64,000 bases of DNA from Candidatus Kapaibacterium sp. (GCA_963664875.1 OY761611.1:704001-768000); one strand, 5' to 3'. Positions 9,709 through 19,302 are shown, counted from the stretch's first letter. Numbers and translations: made by a program. Notes: a model not told the origin generated them from the sequence alone.

Positions 9709-10599
9709 ATGAAGAGACTTCTTACTCTTATCATTGCTTTTGTACTATGCACATTAGCGTCTTATTCTCAGATGTTTTCTCCTTTTACTTCAAACGAAGG
9801 TTACGATCTCGCAAAAACATCAGCTGAAACATATCTGGGAGACAATCCAAAACTTCTTATTATAGGCCACTTCCTGGGCTCTTTGGACCTTACTTATGGA
9901 GGAGTGCCTGTTGAAATGCCATCAGGATTTGATTTTAGCACAGGCAAAGCTAATTATTGGGTATATGTTTTCAAAAATGAGACAAGTAAAGTTGAGATTG
10001 GCGTAATTAACTCCCCTATGCTTGGTGGATTTCAAGCTATGGAGATGGATCTTTCTCCTTATCTTGACTTCACAACAATGATTGATATGCAATCTGAAAT
10101 ATCTCCAAATGAAATAATTGATTCTAAAGATATAGACCAATACTTTTCACAAAATTCCGAGTTCATGGCAAAATACAGCAATTTGGAAAGCTACAAAGAC
10201 GGCTACATGGGACTATATTACAATGGTCCTGTGCCGGAATTTGAGCAAAAACTATACTGGGGATTTTGGTTTATTAAAGAAAACAACGATGCAGAAATTT
10301 GTGCACTCGACATCGAATCAAAACAAATGGAATGTATCGCATATACCTCTGTAGAAGAGGAAAATGAGGTAGATTTTTCCATCTCTCCAAATCCTGCCAA
10401 TGATATATTAAATATTTCAAATACTGAATTTGCAACAAATTATGTCATCAGCAATTATGTTGGGGAAATAGTCAGCGAAGGTGATTTGAATTCCGGTACC
10501 AATACTTTGAATATTAGTAATCTCCCCTCGGGTATTTACTTTATTCAGTTATCAAACAACTCAGGAATGATTAAAGCAGAAAAGATAATCGTTAAATAA
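9709..10599 (+). CDS. Secreted protein of unknown function with T9SS type A sorting domain
   Basis: Signal peptide ending before Gln; C-terminal ISPNPAND...LPSGIYFIQL...KIIVK; GAGG RBS. Confidence 0.88.
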   Translation: MKRLLTLIIAFVLCTLASYSQMFSPFTSNEGYDLAKTSAETYLGDNPKLLIIGHFLGSLDLTYGGVPVEMPSGFDFSTGKANYWVYVFKNETSKVEIGVINSPMLGGFQAMEMDLSPYLDFTTMIDMQSEISPNEIIDSKDIDQYFSQNSEFMAKYSNLESYKDGYMGLYYNGPVPEFEQKLYWGFWFIKENNDAEICALDIESKQMECIAYTSVEEENEVDFSISPNPANDILNISNTEFATNYVISNYVGEIVSEGDLNSGTNTLNISNLPSGIYFIQLSNNSGMIKAEKIIVK

Positions 10600-10642
10600 A
10601 TTTACGATTTCCGGTATTATTACCTAAATTCACAATAAACAC

Positions 10643-10691
10643 AAAAAAGACTCAAAATATTTTCCAAAGGGAAACTTTTGAGTCTTTTTTT
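10643..10691. terminator. Bidirectional intrinsic terminator
   Basis: AAAAAAGACTCAAAA...TTTTGAGTCTTTTTT between convergent genes. Confidence 0.85.
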
Positions 10692-10713
10692 ATATTTGAA
10701 ATTTGCAATAATT

Positions 10714-11595
10714 TTATCGTTTGATAAATTTTGCGGTGTGAATACTTTTTCCGTCATTGATTTGCATGAAATATGCACCTGCAGTTAGTTTAGAAACATC
10801 TAAAGTTTGCGAATTACCGCTGATATTTTTTGACATAACGATATTGCCAAGAGCATCGTAAACTGATAGATTGCAACTGCTACCTGCATTGAATTTAACA
10901 ACAAGCTCCTCATCAGCCGGGTTATTAGCGATAAGAATAGTATTTTCGGTAATTGTATTGTCTCCAATAGATGTCATATTAGTACAAATCACATCTTCTG
11001 ACTGAATATCCATAGCACAAGCCCTGTCAGTCAAATCAGGATCAAATAAAACACCCCAATATGTTCTGCCCATCTGAAGCCCCGGGAAGGACTCATTATG
11101 GAAGATAGTAATAAACATATTTGCGTTATCTTTATACATTTCAAGCTCAGTATTGAATTCTGTATCAGAGGTGAGAACTTGTGCCATCTTCTGAGAATTT
11201 AACTGCGACTTTTGAAGTGGTGAGGCTACCGAGAAAAATACTTTCAAATCTTCAATCCAATCGCTGACATCAGCTTCCATGGACTGAATTCCAATAAGCG
11301 GAATAGACATAGCCCAAGCACCGGAAGTAACTTCAGGATTGTCCTTATCTACAAAGTAATAGATCCATAAAGAAGCTTTCCCTGTTTCCCAATCAAATTC
11401 GATTGGCACAGGCATTCCTTCAGCATCAGTCATATCCATAGCCATACATAGCATGAGCTCAGGAGTGTTTAAAGTATTCGACACTGCATTTACAGCGGCA
11501 TCATAGGCTTCATCTGCATAAAATGTGTCTTGAGCAGCAGCATTATATGCAGAAAACATAAATACAAAAGCAATCAGTACAAGAAAGTTTTTCAT
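10714..11595 (-). CDS. Secreted protein of unknown function with T9SS sorting domain; paralog of 9709..10599
   Basis: Signal peptide AAA|Q; NNPADE...VYDALG...LTAGAYFMQI...KFIKR; GGAG RBS. Confidence 0.88.
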   Translation of the reverse strand: MKNFLVLIAFVFMFSAYNAAAQDTFYADEAYDAAVNAVSNTLNTPELMLCMAMDMTDAEGMPVPIEFDWETGKASLWIYYFVDKDNPEVTSGAWAMSIPLIGIQSMEADVSDWIEDLKVFFSVASPLQKSQLNSQKMAQVLTSDTEFNTELEMYKDNANMFITIFHNESFPGLQMGRTYWGVLFDPDLTDRACAMDIQSEDVICTNMTSIGDNTITENTILIANNPADEELVVKFNAGSSCNLSVYDALGNIVMSKNISGNSQTLDVSKLTAGAYFMQINDGKSIHTAKFIKR

Positions 11596-11710
11596 ATAAA
11601 CTCCAGAAGTTCTATAAATATTACATACCTTTTACGGGAAATTATAATCTTTGTTTCGAGCAAGTAATTTCGTATAATTGAAAACTGTTCAACAACTATA
11701 TTATTTTCTT

Positions 11711-13690
11711 TTGAAAAAGCTAATACTAAAAAAATATACGAACTCTGCCAACATTCAGCAATTTGGCTATAAAATAGCATACAGCGAAGAATTAAATACA
11801 GCTCAGTACGAAGCGGTAATGCACGACAAAGGTCCTGCATTGGTCATTGCAGGTGCCGGCACGGGCAAAACACGAACTTTAGTATATAGGCTCGCCCGTC
11901 TGATAGAAGATAAAAATCCTCCGGAATCAATTTTACTATTAACCTTTACAAGAAAAGCTGCCTCCGAGATGCTCCGACGTGCGTCATCAATCTTAGACGG
12001 CAGATGCGAAGAAGTCTCCGGCGGAACATTTCACTCATTTGCATTGCAGATTCTTAGAAAATATGCAGAAGCTATCAATTTCAGAAATAATTTTAGTGTA
12101 TTGGACTCTTCTGACTCAGAAGATGTGATAAATATACTTAGAAGTAATTTGAAATTTGATAAAACGAAAAGAAGATTTCCAACTAAAACTACTATCTATA
12201 AAATCATCTCCATGGCTCGCAATACGCGGGAGAAAATCGAAAAAATTATAGAAAAAGACTACCCCGGATATGAAGATGTAGCCGAAGAAATAAATCTGAT
12301 TTCTATTCAATATCGAGAATATAAAGCTAAACATCAGCTAATGGATTATGACGATTTGCTTGTGCATTTACTCAATTTGATGAAAAGCAGACCTGATATA
12401 AGAAAAAAATTGAATGACCTATATAGATATATCATGGTTGACGAATATCAGGACACAAATCGATTACAACATGAAATAGTGCTGCAACTCGCCGGAGATA
12501 AACAAAACATCATGGCAGTTGGTGATGACGCACAAAGTATTTACGCATTCAGGGGTGCAGACTATCAAAACATATTATTTTTCCCAAAATCATTTGATAG
12601 CTGCGTAGTTTATAAAATCGAACAAAATTATCGTAGTACAACTCCAATACTTGATTTAAGCAATGAAATAATCAAAACAGCAGCCTTTAAATATGAAAAG
12701 GAATTATATTCTGATAGAATTGAAGGTGATTTGCCAATTGTAGTAGCAACCAACGACGAAAGAGAACAATCTGATTTTGTGGCACAACAAATATTGGAGT
12801 ATAGAGAACAAGGTATAGAACTAGCAGACATAGCAGTATTATTTCGCTCATCATTCCATTCGTTCGACTTAGAAATATCGCTTGCGAAATCAAATATCCC
12901 ATATCAGAAATTTGGTGGCATCAGATTTGCAGAGACTGCTCATATTAAAGATTTACTTGCGTTCTTTAAAGTACTTTATAATCCCTACGATGCAGTGTCT
13001 TGGACGCGATTGTTGTTATTGCATACAGGAATAGGACCTGCTTCTGCCTCAAAAATTGTAAATATGATTACTTCTAATGAAATATCTTTAGAAAACTATA
13101 CGTCTCTTGATAAGATTAAGGGTAAACAAAATATACGTAACTTATTTAGCATTTTGTCTGCGGAGTATCAATCACATAGTTCATTAGGCGATAAAGCTTT
13201 ACACTTTTGTGAGTATTACAAACCAATCCTCAGTAACAACCACGACGATTGGCGCAAAAGGTGGAAAGATTTGGAGACATTTGTTTCTATAGCAGGAACA
13301 TATAAGTCTTTGGCTTCTTTTCTAAATGATATGGCTATAGATCCTCCTACTGACAAAGTGGATGACATAGATGCTACAGACAAAGAAGACGAAATCCTTA
13401 CCTTATCAACTATTCATTCTGCAAAAGGTCTGGAATGGAAAGTTGTTTTTTTGATATGGGCTTTAGAGGGAAGATTCCCTTCAGCTCGTAGTTTAGACTC
13501 ATTAGATAGCGTAGAGGAAGAAAGGCGGCTTTTTTATGTTGCCTGCACCAGAGCCAAGGATATTCTATGCATTACATATCCGATGAATATTTTTGACAGA
13601 GAAAGTGGCTCGATACTAAGTCGTCCTTCTCGATTTTTGCAGGCAATAGACGATAAATTTACAGATAAATATATTATATCTGAAGAATAA
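11711..13690 (+). CDS. ATP-dependent DNA helicase, UvrD/PcrA/Rep family
   Basis: LNTAQ, AGAGTGKT, TFTRKAA, VDEYQD, VGDDAQSIY, QNYRS, STIHSAKGLEW, EERRLFYVA; start uncertain (TTG 11711 or 11678). Confidence 0.93.
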   Translation: MKKLILKKYTNSANIQQFGYKIAYSEELNTAQYEAVMHDKGPALVIAGAGTGKTRTLVYRLARLIEDKNPPESILLLTFTRKAASEMLRRASSILDGRCEEVSGGTFHSFALQILRKYAEAINFRNNFSVLDSSDSEDVINILRSNLKFDKTKRRFPTKTTIYKIISMARNTREKIEKIIEKDYPGYEDVAEEINLISIQYREYKAKHQLMDYDDLLVHLLNLMKSRPDIRKKLNDLYRYIMVDEYQDTNRLQHEIVLQLAGDKQNIMAVGDDAQSIYAFRGADYQNILFFPKSFDSCVVYKIEQNYRSTTPILDLSNEIIKTAAFKYEKELYSDRIEGDLPIVVATNDEREQSDFVAQQILEYREQGIELADIAVLFRSSFHSFDLEISLAKSNIPYQKFGGIRFAETAHIKDLLAFFKVLYNPYDAVSWTRLLLLHTGIGPASASKIVNMITSNEISLENYTSLDKIKGKQNIRNLFSILSAEYQSHSSLGDKALHFCEYYKPILSNNHDDWRKRWKDLETFVSIAGTYKSLASFLNDMAIDPPTDKVDDIDATDKEDEILTLSTIHSAKGLEWKVVFLIWALEGRFPSARSLDSLDSVEEERRLFYVACTRAKDILCITYPMNIFDRESGSILSRPSRFLQAIDDKFTDKYIISEE

Positions 13691-13694
13691 ATTA

Positions 13695-13702
13695 TATATT
13701 TG
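13695..13702 (+). promoter_or_regulatory. Putative Bacteroidota-type -7 promoter element
   Basis: TATATTTG matches TAnnTTTG about 45 nt upstream of the cheZ-like gene. Confidence 0.4.
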
Positions 13703-13744
13703 CTTCATCTAAGAATACAGCATTAGGTACAACCGGAGATAGAC

Positions 13745-14680
13745 ATGAAACAAATTGATTTGAATTCGATGTTGAAAAAGATTGATGATTACCAGCTTAT
13801 TCCATTTCTGGAAGAGATGGTCAGTTTTGTAAAAGACATAAAACCTACTTTAGAATCCATAAATGTTGCAATAGCTGAAAACATTTCTAAAATGCCTAAT
13901 GCTACTCAAAAATTAAGTCAGGTTACAGCTGCAACAGAAAATGCAACTACTGAAATAATGAATGTTATAGATACATTCTTTATTAAGTTAGATAGCTCTC
14001 AAAAGATTTTGACAGAATTTGTCGAAAAACGCAAAGAACAAAAAGAATTCTTTACAGATTTATTTGAAAAAATAAAACCTGCATTGGAAAACAACCCCGA
14101 TTTATTATCTCTGATTGACAAAGGTATCGACAAAACTAATGAAATTTACAATGATGATATTCAGAAGTATTATGACGAACTTTTGGGGTACATTGATGCT
14201 ATAAATATGGATTCGACTAACATTATGATGTCTTTGCAGGTTCAAGATATTACCTCGCAGCAGATTGCTGCTGTGAATCACCTTCTTGGAACTATTCAAA
14301 ACAAGCTTGCAGTTATTTTACAGCGTTTTAAAACTTCAGAACTGGGCAGTTTGTTGACATCGAGAGACGAACGTTTAGAAGAAGGTAAAAATGTCTCCCA
14401 CCTACATCGCGATATTGCTTTTGACCCTGATGCTGTAAAGGCAATCACATCAAAAGAAACAAGACAAAATGATGTAGATGATTTGATAAGCAAAGTAGAA
14501 TCCGGTGAAATATCAGAAGATGATATTAGTTCAGAATCAGATGAGGCAATGGATTTAGATGATATTGATGCTCTTTTCGGAAATAATTCGGAAACTGACG
14601 CTTCCACTTTCTCGCCCGATGCAAACGAAGTTGATGATTCGGATATGTCTCAAGATGATATCGATGCATTATTTGGGTAA
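13745..14680 (+). CDS. cheZ: CheZ-family protein phosphatase
   Basis: ATENATTEIMN helix; LQVQDITSQQI with catalytic D-x3-Q; acidic linker; C-terminal SQDDIDALFG; GGAG RBS. Confidence 0.8.
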   Translation: MKQIDLNSMLKKIDDYQLIPFLEEMVSFVKDIKPTLESINVAIAENISKMPNATQKLSQVTAATENATTEIMNVIDTFFIKLDSSQKILTEFVEKRKEQKEFFTDLFEKIKPALENNPDLLSLIDKGIDKTNEIYNDDIQKYYDELLGYIDAINMDSTNIMMSLQVQDITSQQIAAVNHLLGTIQNKLAVILQRFKTSELGSLLTSRDERLEEGKNVSHLHRDIAFDPDAVKAITSKETRQNDVDDLISKVESGEISEDDISSESDEAMDLDDIDALFGNNSETDASTFSPDANEVDDSDMSQDDIDALFG

Positions 14681-14779
14681 GTAACTACTTGCATACTATA
14701 GGTTTATACTTATTTTACTTTGGCTCTCTTTTTTTTAGTAAATTAGAGAGCCAAATTATTTACACTTTGTTAGACGGGT

Positions 14780-15979
14780 ATGCAAAACGTAGAAAAAAAG
14801 CTAAATATTCTGTTTTTATTGCCAAGATTTCCTTATCCGGTTATCGGTGGAGACAGGCTAAAACCTCATAATATTATAAAATATCTTGCTTCAAAGCATA
14901 ATGTAACACTTGTTACTTTTTTTCAGGGTGAGAAAGCTCCGCAAAGTTTCGTCCGGGAAGTCGAAAAACTTGGTGTCGATCTTCACGTTATTCCTCTGAA
15001 TCCAATCAAAGCCGGAAGTAAAGCTTTAACTAAACTCCATAAAGTTTATCCTCTTGAAATAGCTTATTATTATCAGAAGGATTACCAGCAAAAAGTAAAC
15101 GAACTTTGTCGCAATAAAACTTTTGATCTTGGTTTCGCCTTTTTCATGAGAACTGCCGAATATATCAAAAATATGGGCTTCCCAAAAATACTAATGGCAG
15201 AGGACTGCCGCACTCTTTACCAGCAAAGATCTTATGAAAACAGCAACAACCTGAAACAAAGAATCGTTCGCTGGTGGGAGTATAGAAAATTGAAACGATA
15301 CGAACCCGAAATTGTCAATCACTTTAACATAACGACGCTTGTTACCAAAGAAGATATCGTTGCTATGAAAAGCCAGAATCCTGACTGCGACTATAGATTG
15401 CTTTCTAATGGGACAGACATCAATAAGTTTGTGCCTAATAATTCCACCCAAAGGAAAGGTATTCTTTTCGCAGGTAAATTAGATGTTTGGGCAAATCAAC
15501 TTATGATAATGAAGCTTGTCAATGATATTCTTCCTAAAATCAGAGAACAAGTTCCTAATGCTGAATTGCACTTAGTTGGTGCTACTCCCCCGCCTTCTAT
15601 ATCAAATTTAGCTAATAAATATATCAAAATTTTTCCTGATGTTCCGGATATGGTACCATTTCTTCAAAATGCAGAACTGTTTCTGCATCCCCACGAAGGT
15701 GGTTCAGGGATTCAAAATAAACTATTAGAGGCGATGGCTTGTGGTTGTCCTGTAGTAACTACGCCAACAGGCAATCAAGGTATCAACGGGGAGCATGGAG
15801 TTCATTTATTACTTGGTGATAATTCAGACAAGCTCGCTGAGTATGCTGTTAAATTATTGTCAGATAAAGAATTTGCGAAAGATATTTCCCAAAACGGTCG
15901 TAATTTAATTGTCGAAACCCATGCATGGGAACATATTTTCCAATCTGTGGATAATATCATAGCAGAAGTCTTAAATTAG
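14780..15979 (+). CDS. Glycosyltransferase family 4 (GT-B)
   Basis: PRFPYPVIGGDRL, NGTD, GSGIQNKLLEAMACGCPVVTT. Confidence 0.92.
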   Translation: MQNVEKKLNILFLLPRFPYPVIGGDRLKPHNIIKYLASKHNVTLVTFFQGEKAPQSFVREVEKLGVDLHVIPLNPIKAGSKALTKLHKVYPLEIAYYYQKDYQQKVNELCRNKTFDLGFAFFMRTAEYIKNMGFPKILMAEDCRTLYQQRSYENSNNLKQRIVRWWEYRKLKRYEPEIVNHFNITTLVTKEDIVAMKSQNPDCDYRLLSNGTDINKFVPNNSTQRKGILFAGKLDVWANQLMIMKLVNDILPKIREQVPNAELHLVGATPPPSISNLANKYIKIFPDVPDMVPFLQNAELFLHPHEGGSGIQNKLLEAMACGCPVVTTPTGNQGINGEHGVHLLLGDNSDKLAEYAVKLLSDKEFAKDISQNGRNLIVETHAWEHIFQSVDNIIAEVLN

Positions 15980-15991
15980 AGTGGTGGTGCA

Positions 15992-16534
15992 ATGAAAAGA
16001 CGAACTATTTTTTTCGACCGTGACGGAATCATCAATAAAAGAATTGTTGGCGATTATGTAAAAAATATCGAAGAATTTGAGTTCAATCCCGAAATTTTTG
16101 ACATATTTCGACATATCAAAACTATCGGATATTTAGCTATTCTTGTTACTAATCAGCAAGGTATAGGTAAGAATATCATGACAGAAAACGATTTGAATGC
16201 AGTTCATGATTTTATGCAGGCAGGGCTCAAAGAAAAATCCGGTTATCAGTTTAATGATATTTATTTTTGCCCTACATTAGAAGAAGATCAGAATTATGAC
16301 AGGAAACCCAATCCGGGTATGCTTTATAAAGCTTTTGATAAGTGGAATGTTGATGTAGATAATTCTTGGATGATTGGTGACAGTATTAAAGATGCTATAG
16401 CCGGAAAAAGAGCCAATCTCAAGACTATTCTTGTTGGAGATTTTACACAAGAGGAATGCCCTCAGGCAGATAAAATATTTTCCACTTTGGCAGAAGCTTC
16501 TGATTTCATAAGAACTTTTACAATCTTCGATTAG
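15992..16534 (+). CDS. gmhB: D-glycero-D-manno-heptose-1,7-bisphosphate phosphatase-like HAD-IIIA hydrolase
   Basis: FFDRDGIIN, VTNQQGIG, RKPNPGM, MIGD. Confidence 0.8.
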   Translation: MKRRTIFFDRDGIINKRIVGDYVKNIEEFEFNPEIFDIFRHIKTIGYLAILVTNQQGIGKNIMTENDLNAVHDFMQAGLKEKSGYQFNDIYFCPTLEEDQNYDRKPNPGMLYKAFDKWNVDVDNSWMIGDSIKDAIAGKRANLKTILVGDFTQEECPQADKIFSTLAEASDFIRTFTIFD

Positions 16535-16552
16535 TTCTTGGTATAAATATTT

Positions 16553-16596
16553 AAAAAAACAACCTCATTATTTTTTAGTCTTGAGGTTGTTTTTTT
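16553..16596. terminator. Bidirectional intrinsic terminator
   Basis: AAAAAAACAACCTCA...TGAGGTTGTTTTTTT. Confidence 0.85.
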
Positions 16597-16619
16597 GTTT
16601 TACTGTATTTTTTCTAGCA

Positions 16620-17321
16620 CTAAAATGCACCAAATTTAAAGACCAGACTTCCTGAAAATCCGTCAATTTTATAATCCTTTATTACAGGGTTATCTCTGAA
16701 AAGAGCATTTGAACCAATTTTATTTCCAAATCGGTATGATGCATCTAAGCCAATCCTGAAGAAGGACGTAACGTTCATTTCAACCCCAATCGACGGCTCT
16801 ATAACAAAGTACGAAACATTTGGATTCTTTTTTTCGAAATCATCATTATTATTATCTGTATTATTAAAACCGCCCCAATCTCCTTCTTCGTCGAAGATTA
16901 TTCCTCCCCAGCCGAATAAGACATTTGCATTGATGTGTACAACACTTGCAGGATTATTGATATATTCGAGATAGAAACCACCATAACCAAATCGTAAAGA
17001 TGCTTCTACTTCTTCGTTATCTGCGTTCATGTATTTCTGAGTCGGTGCATTTACCATTCCGCATCCGGCTATGCCTAAAGTAATAGTATGATTGATCAAC
17101 CAACCACCTTTGCCTCCCATCATGACTGCAGTCTGTCCTTCTATTTCTCCTACCTTGACAAAAGGTCCTCCATAGCCGCCGTGATGAAGCTCTCCGCTTC
17201 CTCCAAACAATGTATTCATTTTGGGTGATTCGTCAGCCTTTTCTTCTTCCAACTTCTGGTATGACTGTGCATTTGCAAATAAAGGCATGAACATCAATAA
17301 AACCATAATTATCTTTTTCAT
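16620..17321 (-). CDS. Outer-membrane beta-barrel protein (small, OmpA/OmpW-like size)
   Basis: Signal peptide; alternating amphipathic Gly/aromatic strands; terminal Phe (FKFGAF); AAGGAG RBS. Confidence 0.8.
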   Translation of the reverse strand: MKKIIMVLLMFMPLFANAQSYQKLEEEKADESPKMNTLFGGSGELHHGGYGGPFVKVGEIEGQTAVMMGGKGGWLINHTITLGIAGCGMVNAPTQKYMNADNEEVEASLRFGYGGFYLEYINNPASVVHINANVLFGWGGIIFDEEGDWGGFNNTDNNNDDFEKKNPNVSYFVIEPSIGVEMNVTSFFRIGLDASYRFGNKIGSNALFRDNPVIKDYKIDGFSGSLVFKFGAF

Positions 17322-17346
17322 TCTGTTTATCTCCTTAGCAATAGAT

Positions 17347-18513
17347 CTAAAAAAGACCTAATTTGACAAATAGTCCTGTAGAAAATCCGTTCATATCAAA
17401 ATTTGTGAGACCAGGGCTTTGTCTGTAGAATTTATCTTTTGCATTCAATTCCGAATACCTATATGATATATCTACACCTACTTTGAGAAATGAAGTTACA
17501 TTCAATTCTACGCCGGCATTTGGTTCTACTAACCAAATTATGCCGTTATTTAGCTCTATAGCAGCGTCTGTATTATTTTCGACGGGAGCCGCATGAATTC
17601 CTCCCAGTCCGAAAAATGTTCCAATATAGAAATGTATCAGCTCTTTAGGAATAAATGTATATTCCATAAAAAAACCACCATAACCTACATATAAATGTCC
17701 ATCTACAACAGATTGATCTTCCATTACAATATCTATAATCGGTTTATTTGTCAAGCCATAGCCTGCAAATCCGAAAGACAGGTTGTCAGTCGGCATCCAT
17801 GCTATTTTACCTCCTACAAATACTGCCTGATCGAGACTTGTTTGGGAGAATCTTGTGTCAGTTTGAATGAAATAAGCATTTTTTTGATTATTTCCTGCCA
17901 AACTTTCAAAGCCTTCTTCGATTTGTGTATCATCAAAAATACTGTGCTCTTCTTCGTAGATAGGATAGTATGCTACGTTATGATCTATCTTCATTTCATA
18001 GATAACAGTTACTTGTTTACTTGGATAAACTGCTGCTAAATCTGTTTCTTCTGCCTGATTGCTCTTTGGCGAATGAGTAACAGATTGTTGATTTACTGTT
18101 TTACTTAAATATCTTGTGTTTTGTATTTCTCGCACTTCATAATTGCTCTCTTTTGTTGCAAGCAATTTTGAATTTTGATTTTCTGCAATAGGTTTATTAT
18201 CAATCTCTGCTTTTTTATTCTTAGCTTCTTCCACATGATTTATATCAATCTGACTTGTGGACTCATTATCAGATGAGCTTAGATAGTCGTCGTTTATAAA
18301 CAGTAGAATTCCAACTGTCAAAGCAGAAAGGAAAATAATGCTATTGAGTTTTGAAGCGAAAGGTTTCACGTAAGCAAGCCATGATAGCTTACCGGCTTGT
18401 GCGGTAGTAATCAAGTCGGACACTTGCTTAGCACTCATGCCTTTTTCGCTTTTTTTTGCTCTTGCGAAATATTCGTCAAGAGATTGCGGTTTGTTGTTTT
18501 TATAATCAGTCAT
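17347..18513 (-). CDS. Putative anti-sigma factor: cytoplasmic N-terminus, TM helix, low-complexity linker, C-terminal OM beta-barrel
   Basis: Overlaps the sigma stop codon; TM IIFLSALTVGILLFI; C-terminal ~180 aa paralogous to the downstream barrel; ends KLGLF. Confidence 0.72.
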   Translation of the reverse strand: MTDYKNNKPQSLDEYFARAKKSEKGMSAKQVSDLITTAQAGKLSWLAYVKPFASKLNSIIFLSALTVGILLFINDDYLSSSDNESTSQIDINHVEEAKNKKAEIDNKPIAENQNSKLLATKESNYEVREIQNTRYLSKTVNQQSVTHSPKSNQAEETDLAAVYPSKQVTVIYEMKIDHNVAYYPIYEEEHSIFDDTQIEEGFESLAGNNQKNAYFIQTDTRFSQTSLDQAVFVGGKIAWMPTDNLSFGFAGYGLTNKPIIDIVMEDQSVVDGHLYVGYGGFFMEYTFIPKELIHFYIGTFFGLGGIHAAPVENNTDAAIELNNGIIWLVEPNAGVELNVTSFLKVGVDISYRYSELNAKDKFYRQSPGLTNFDMNGFSTGLFVKLGLF

Positions 18514-19108
18514 GGCTCACCCTTGCATAAGATAACTGTTTGTGCATAGTTGGCCGTGAGCCCAAATCATCGTATGCCGAATTATCTAAGTTTTGCGGTA
18601 CACCTAATAATTCTGCCAACGCCTTACGGCCCCTTTGGATACGGGATTTTACTCCCGGAATCGATCCGCCCTGTATCTCACAAATTTCTTTGATTGTTAA
18701 CCCGGATATTTCAAACAACACAACTGCTTCCTTCTGCTTATGCGGAAGTTTTGCTAAGGCTTGGTACAACAATTCTACATCATGACTAATCCCGGGTTCT
18801 GACTCACTTGCCTGCAATTCTTCAATCTCCGGCTGTGAATCATCGTCAGCGACATGGAAATGCGAAAAAAGCCTTTGTCTCCAACCAGTTCTTTTGTGGA
18901 TACGAGACGCAATAGTAAAAAGAAAACTCGTAAATGCCTCTGGATTCTTTAAAGAATCCAACGCACCATAAGCTTTCAATATAGTCTCTTGTACTATATC
19001 GTTTGCGTCTTGTCTATCTTTTGCCAAAGCAAAGGCAAAGCGATTTAGCTTTTCTCTGCAGGGCTCAAAGAGTTCCAAAAAATACCGTTGTTTTGCATCT
19101 TCTTTCAT
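18506..19108 (-). CDS. ECF-type RNA polymerase sigma-70 factor
   Basis: Region 2 DANDIVQETILKAY...FTSFLFTIA; region 4 LPHKQKEAVVLFEISGLTIKEI...VKSRIQRGR; start revised to ATG 19108. Confidence 0.93.
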   Translation of the reverse strand: MKEDAKQRYFLELFEPCREKLNRFAFALAKDRQDANDIVQETILKAYGALDSLKNPEAFTSFLFTIASRIHKRTGWRQRLFSHFHVADDDSQPEIEELQASESEPGISHDVELLYQALAKLPHKQKEAVVLFEISGLTIKEICEIQGGSIPGVKSRIQRGRKALAELLGVPQNLDNSAYDDLGSRPTMHKQLSYARVSHD

Positions 19109-19146
19109 AAGAAAAGTTTTTCGTTTATTGTAAGATAACAATTCGG

Positions 19147-19186
19147 GTTACGTAGGTATGAGTCATAAGGTTACCGATAGGATGCA
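19147..19186 (-). promoter_or_regulatory. Candidate ECF-type autoregulatory promoter(s)
   Basis: Minus strand TGCATCC-N15-GACTC overlapping GTAACC-N16-CGTAAC upstream of the sigma gene. Confidence 0.4.
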
Positions 19187-19284
19187 AAAATATTTTCTCT
19201 TTTTTTATTTTCCTCAGATAATGGCCATATCCCTTTTTTTAAGCGAAGAAATATTTTAGTTTTAAAGCAGCAGCACGAATATAT

Positions 19285-19302
19285 ATGACATACTGTTGTC
19301 GT
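19285..19302. promoter_or_regulatory. Palindromic operator candidate upstream of the VOC gene
   Basis: ATGACA-TACTGT-TGTCGT (one mismatch) followed by TATTTTTG -7-like element. Confidence 0.4.
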
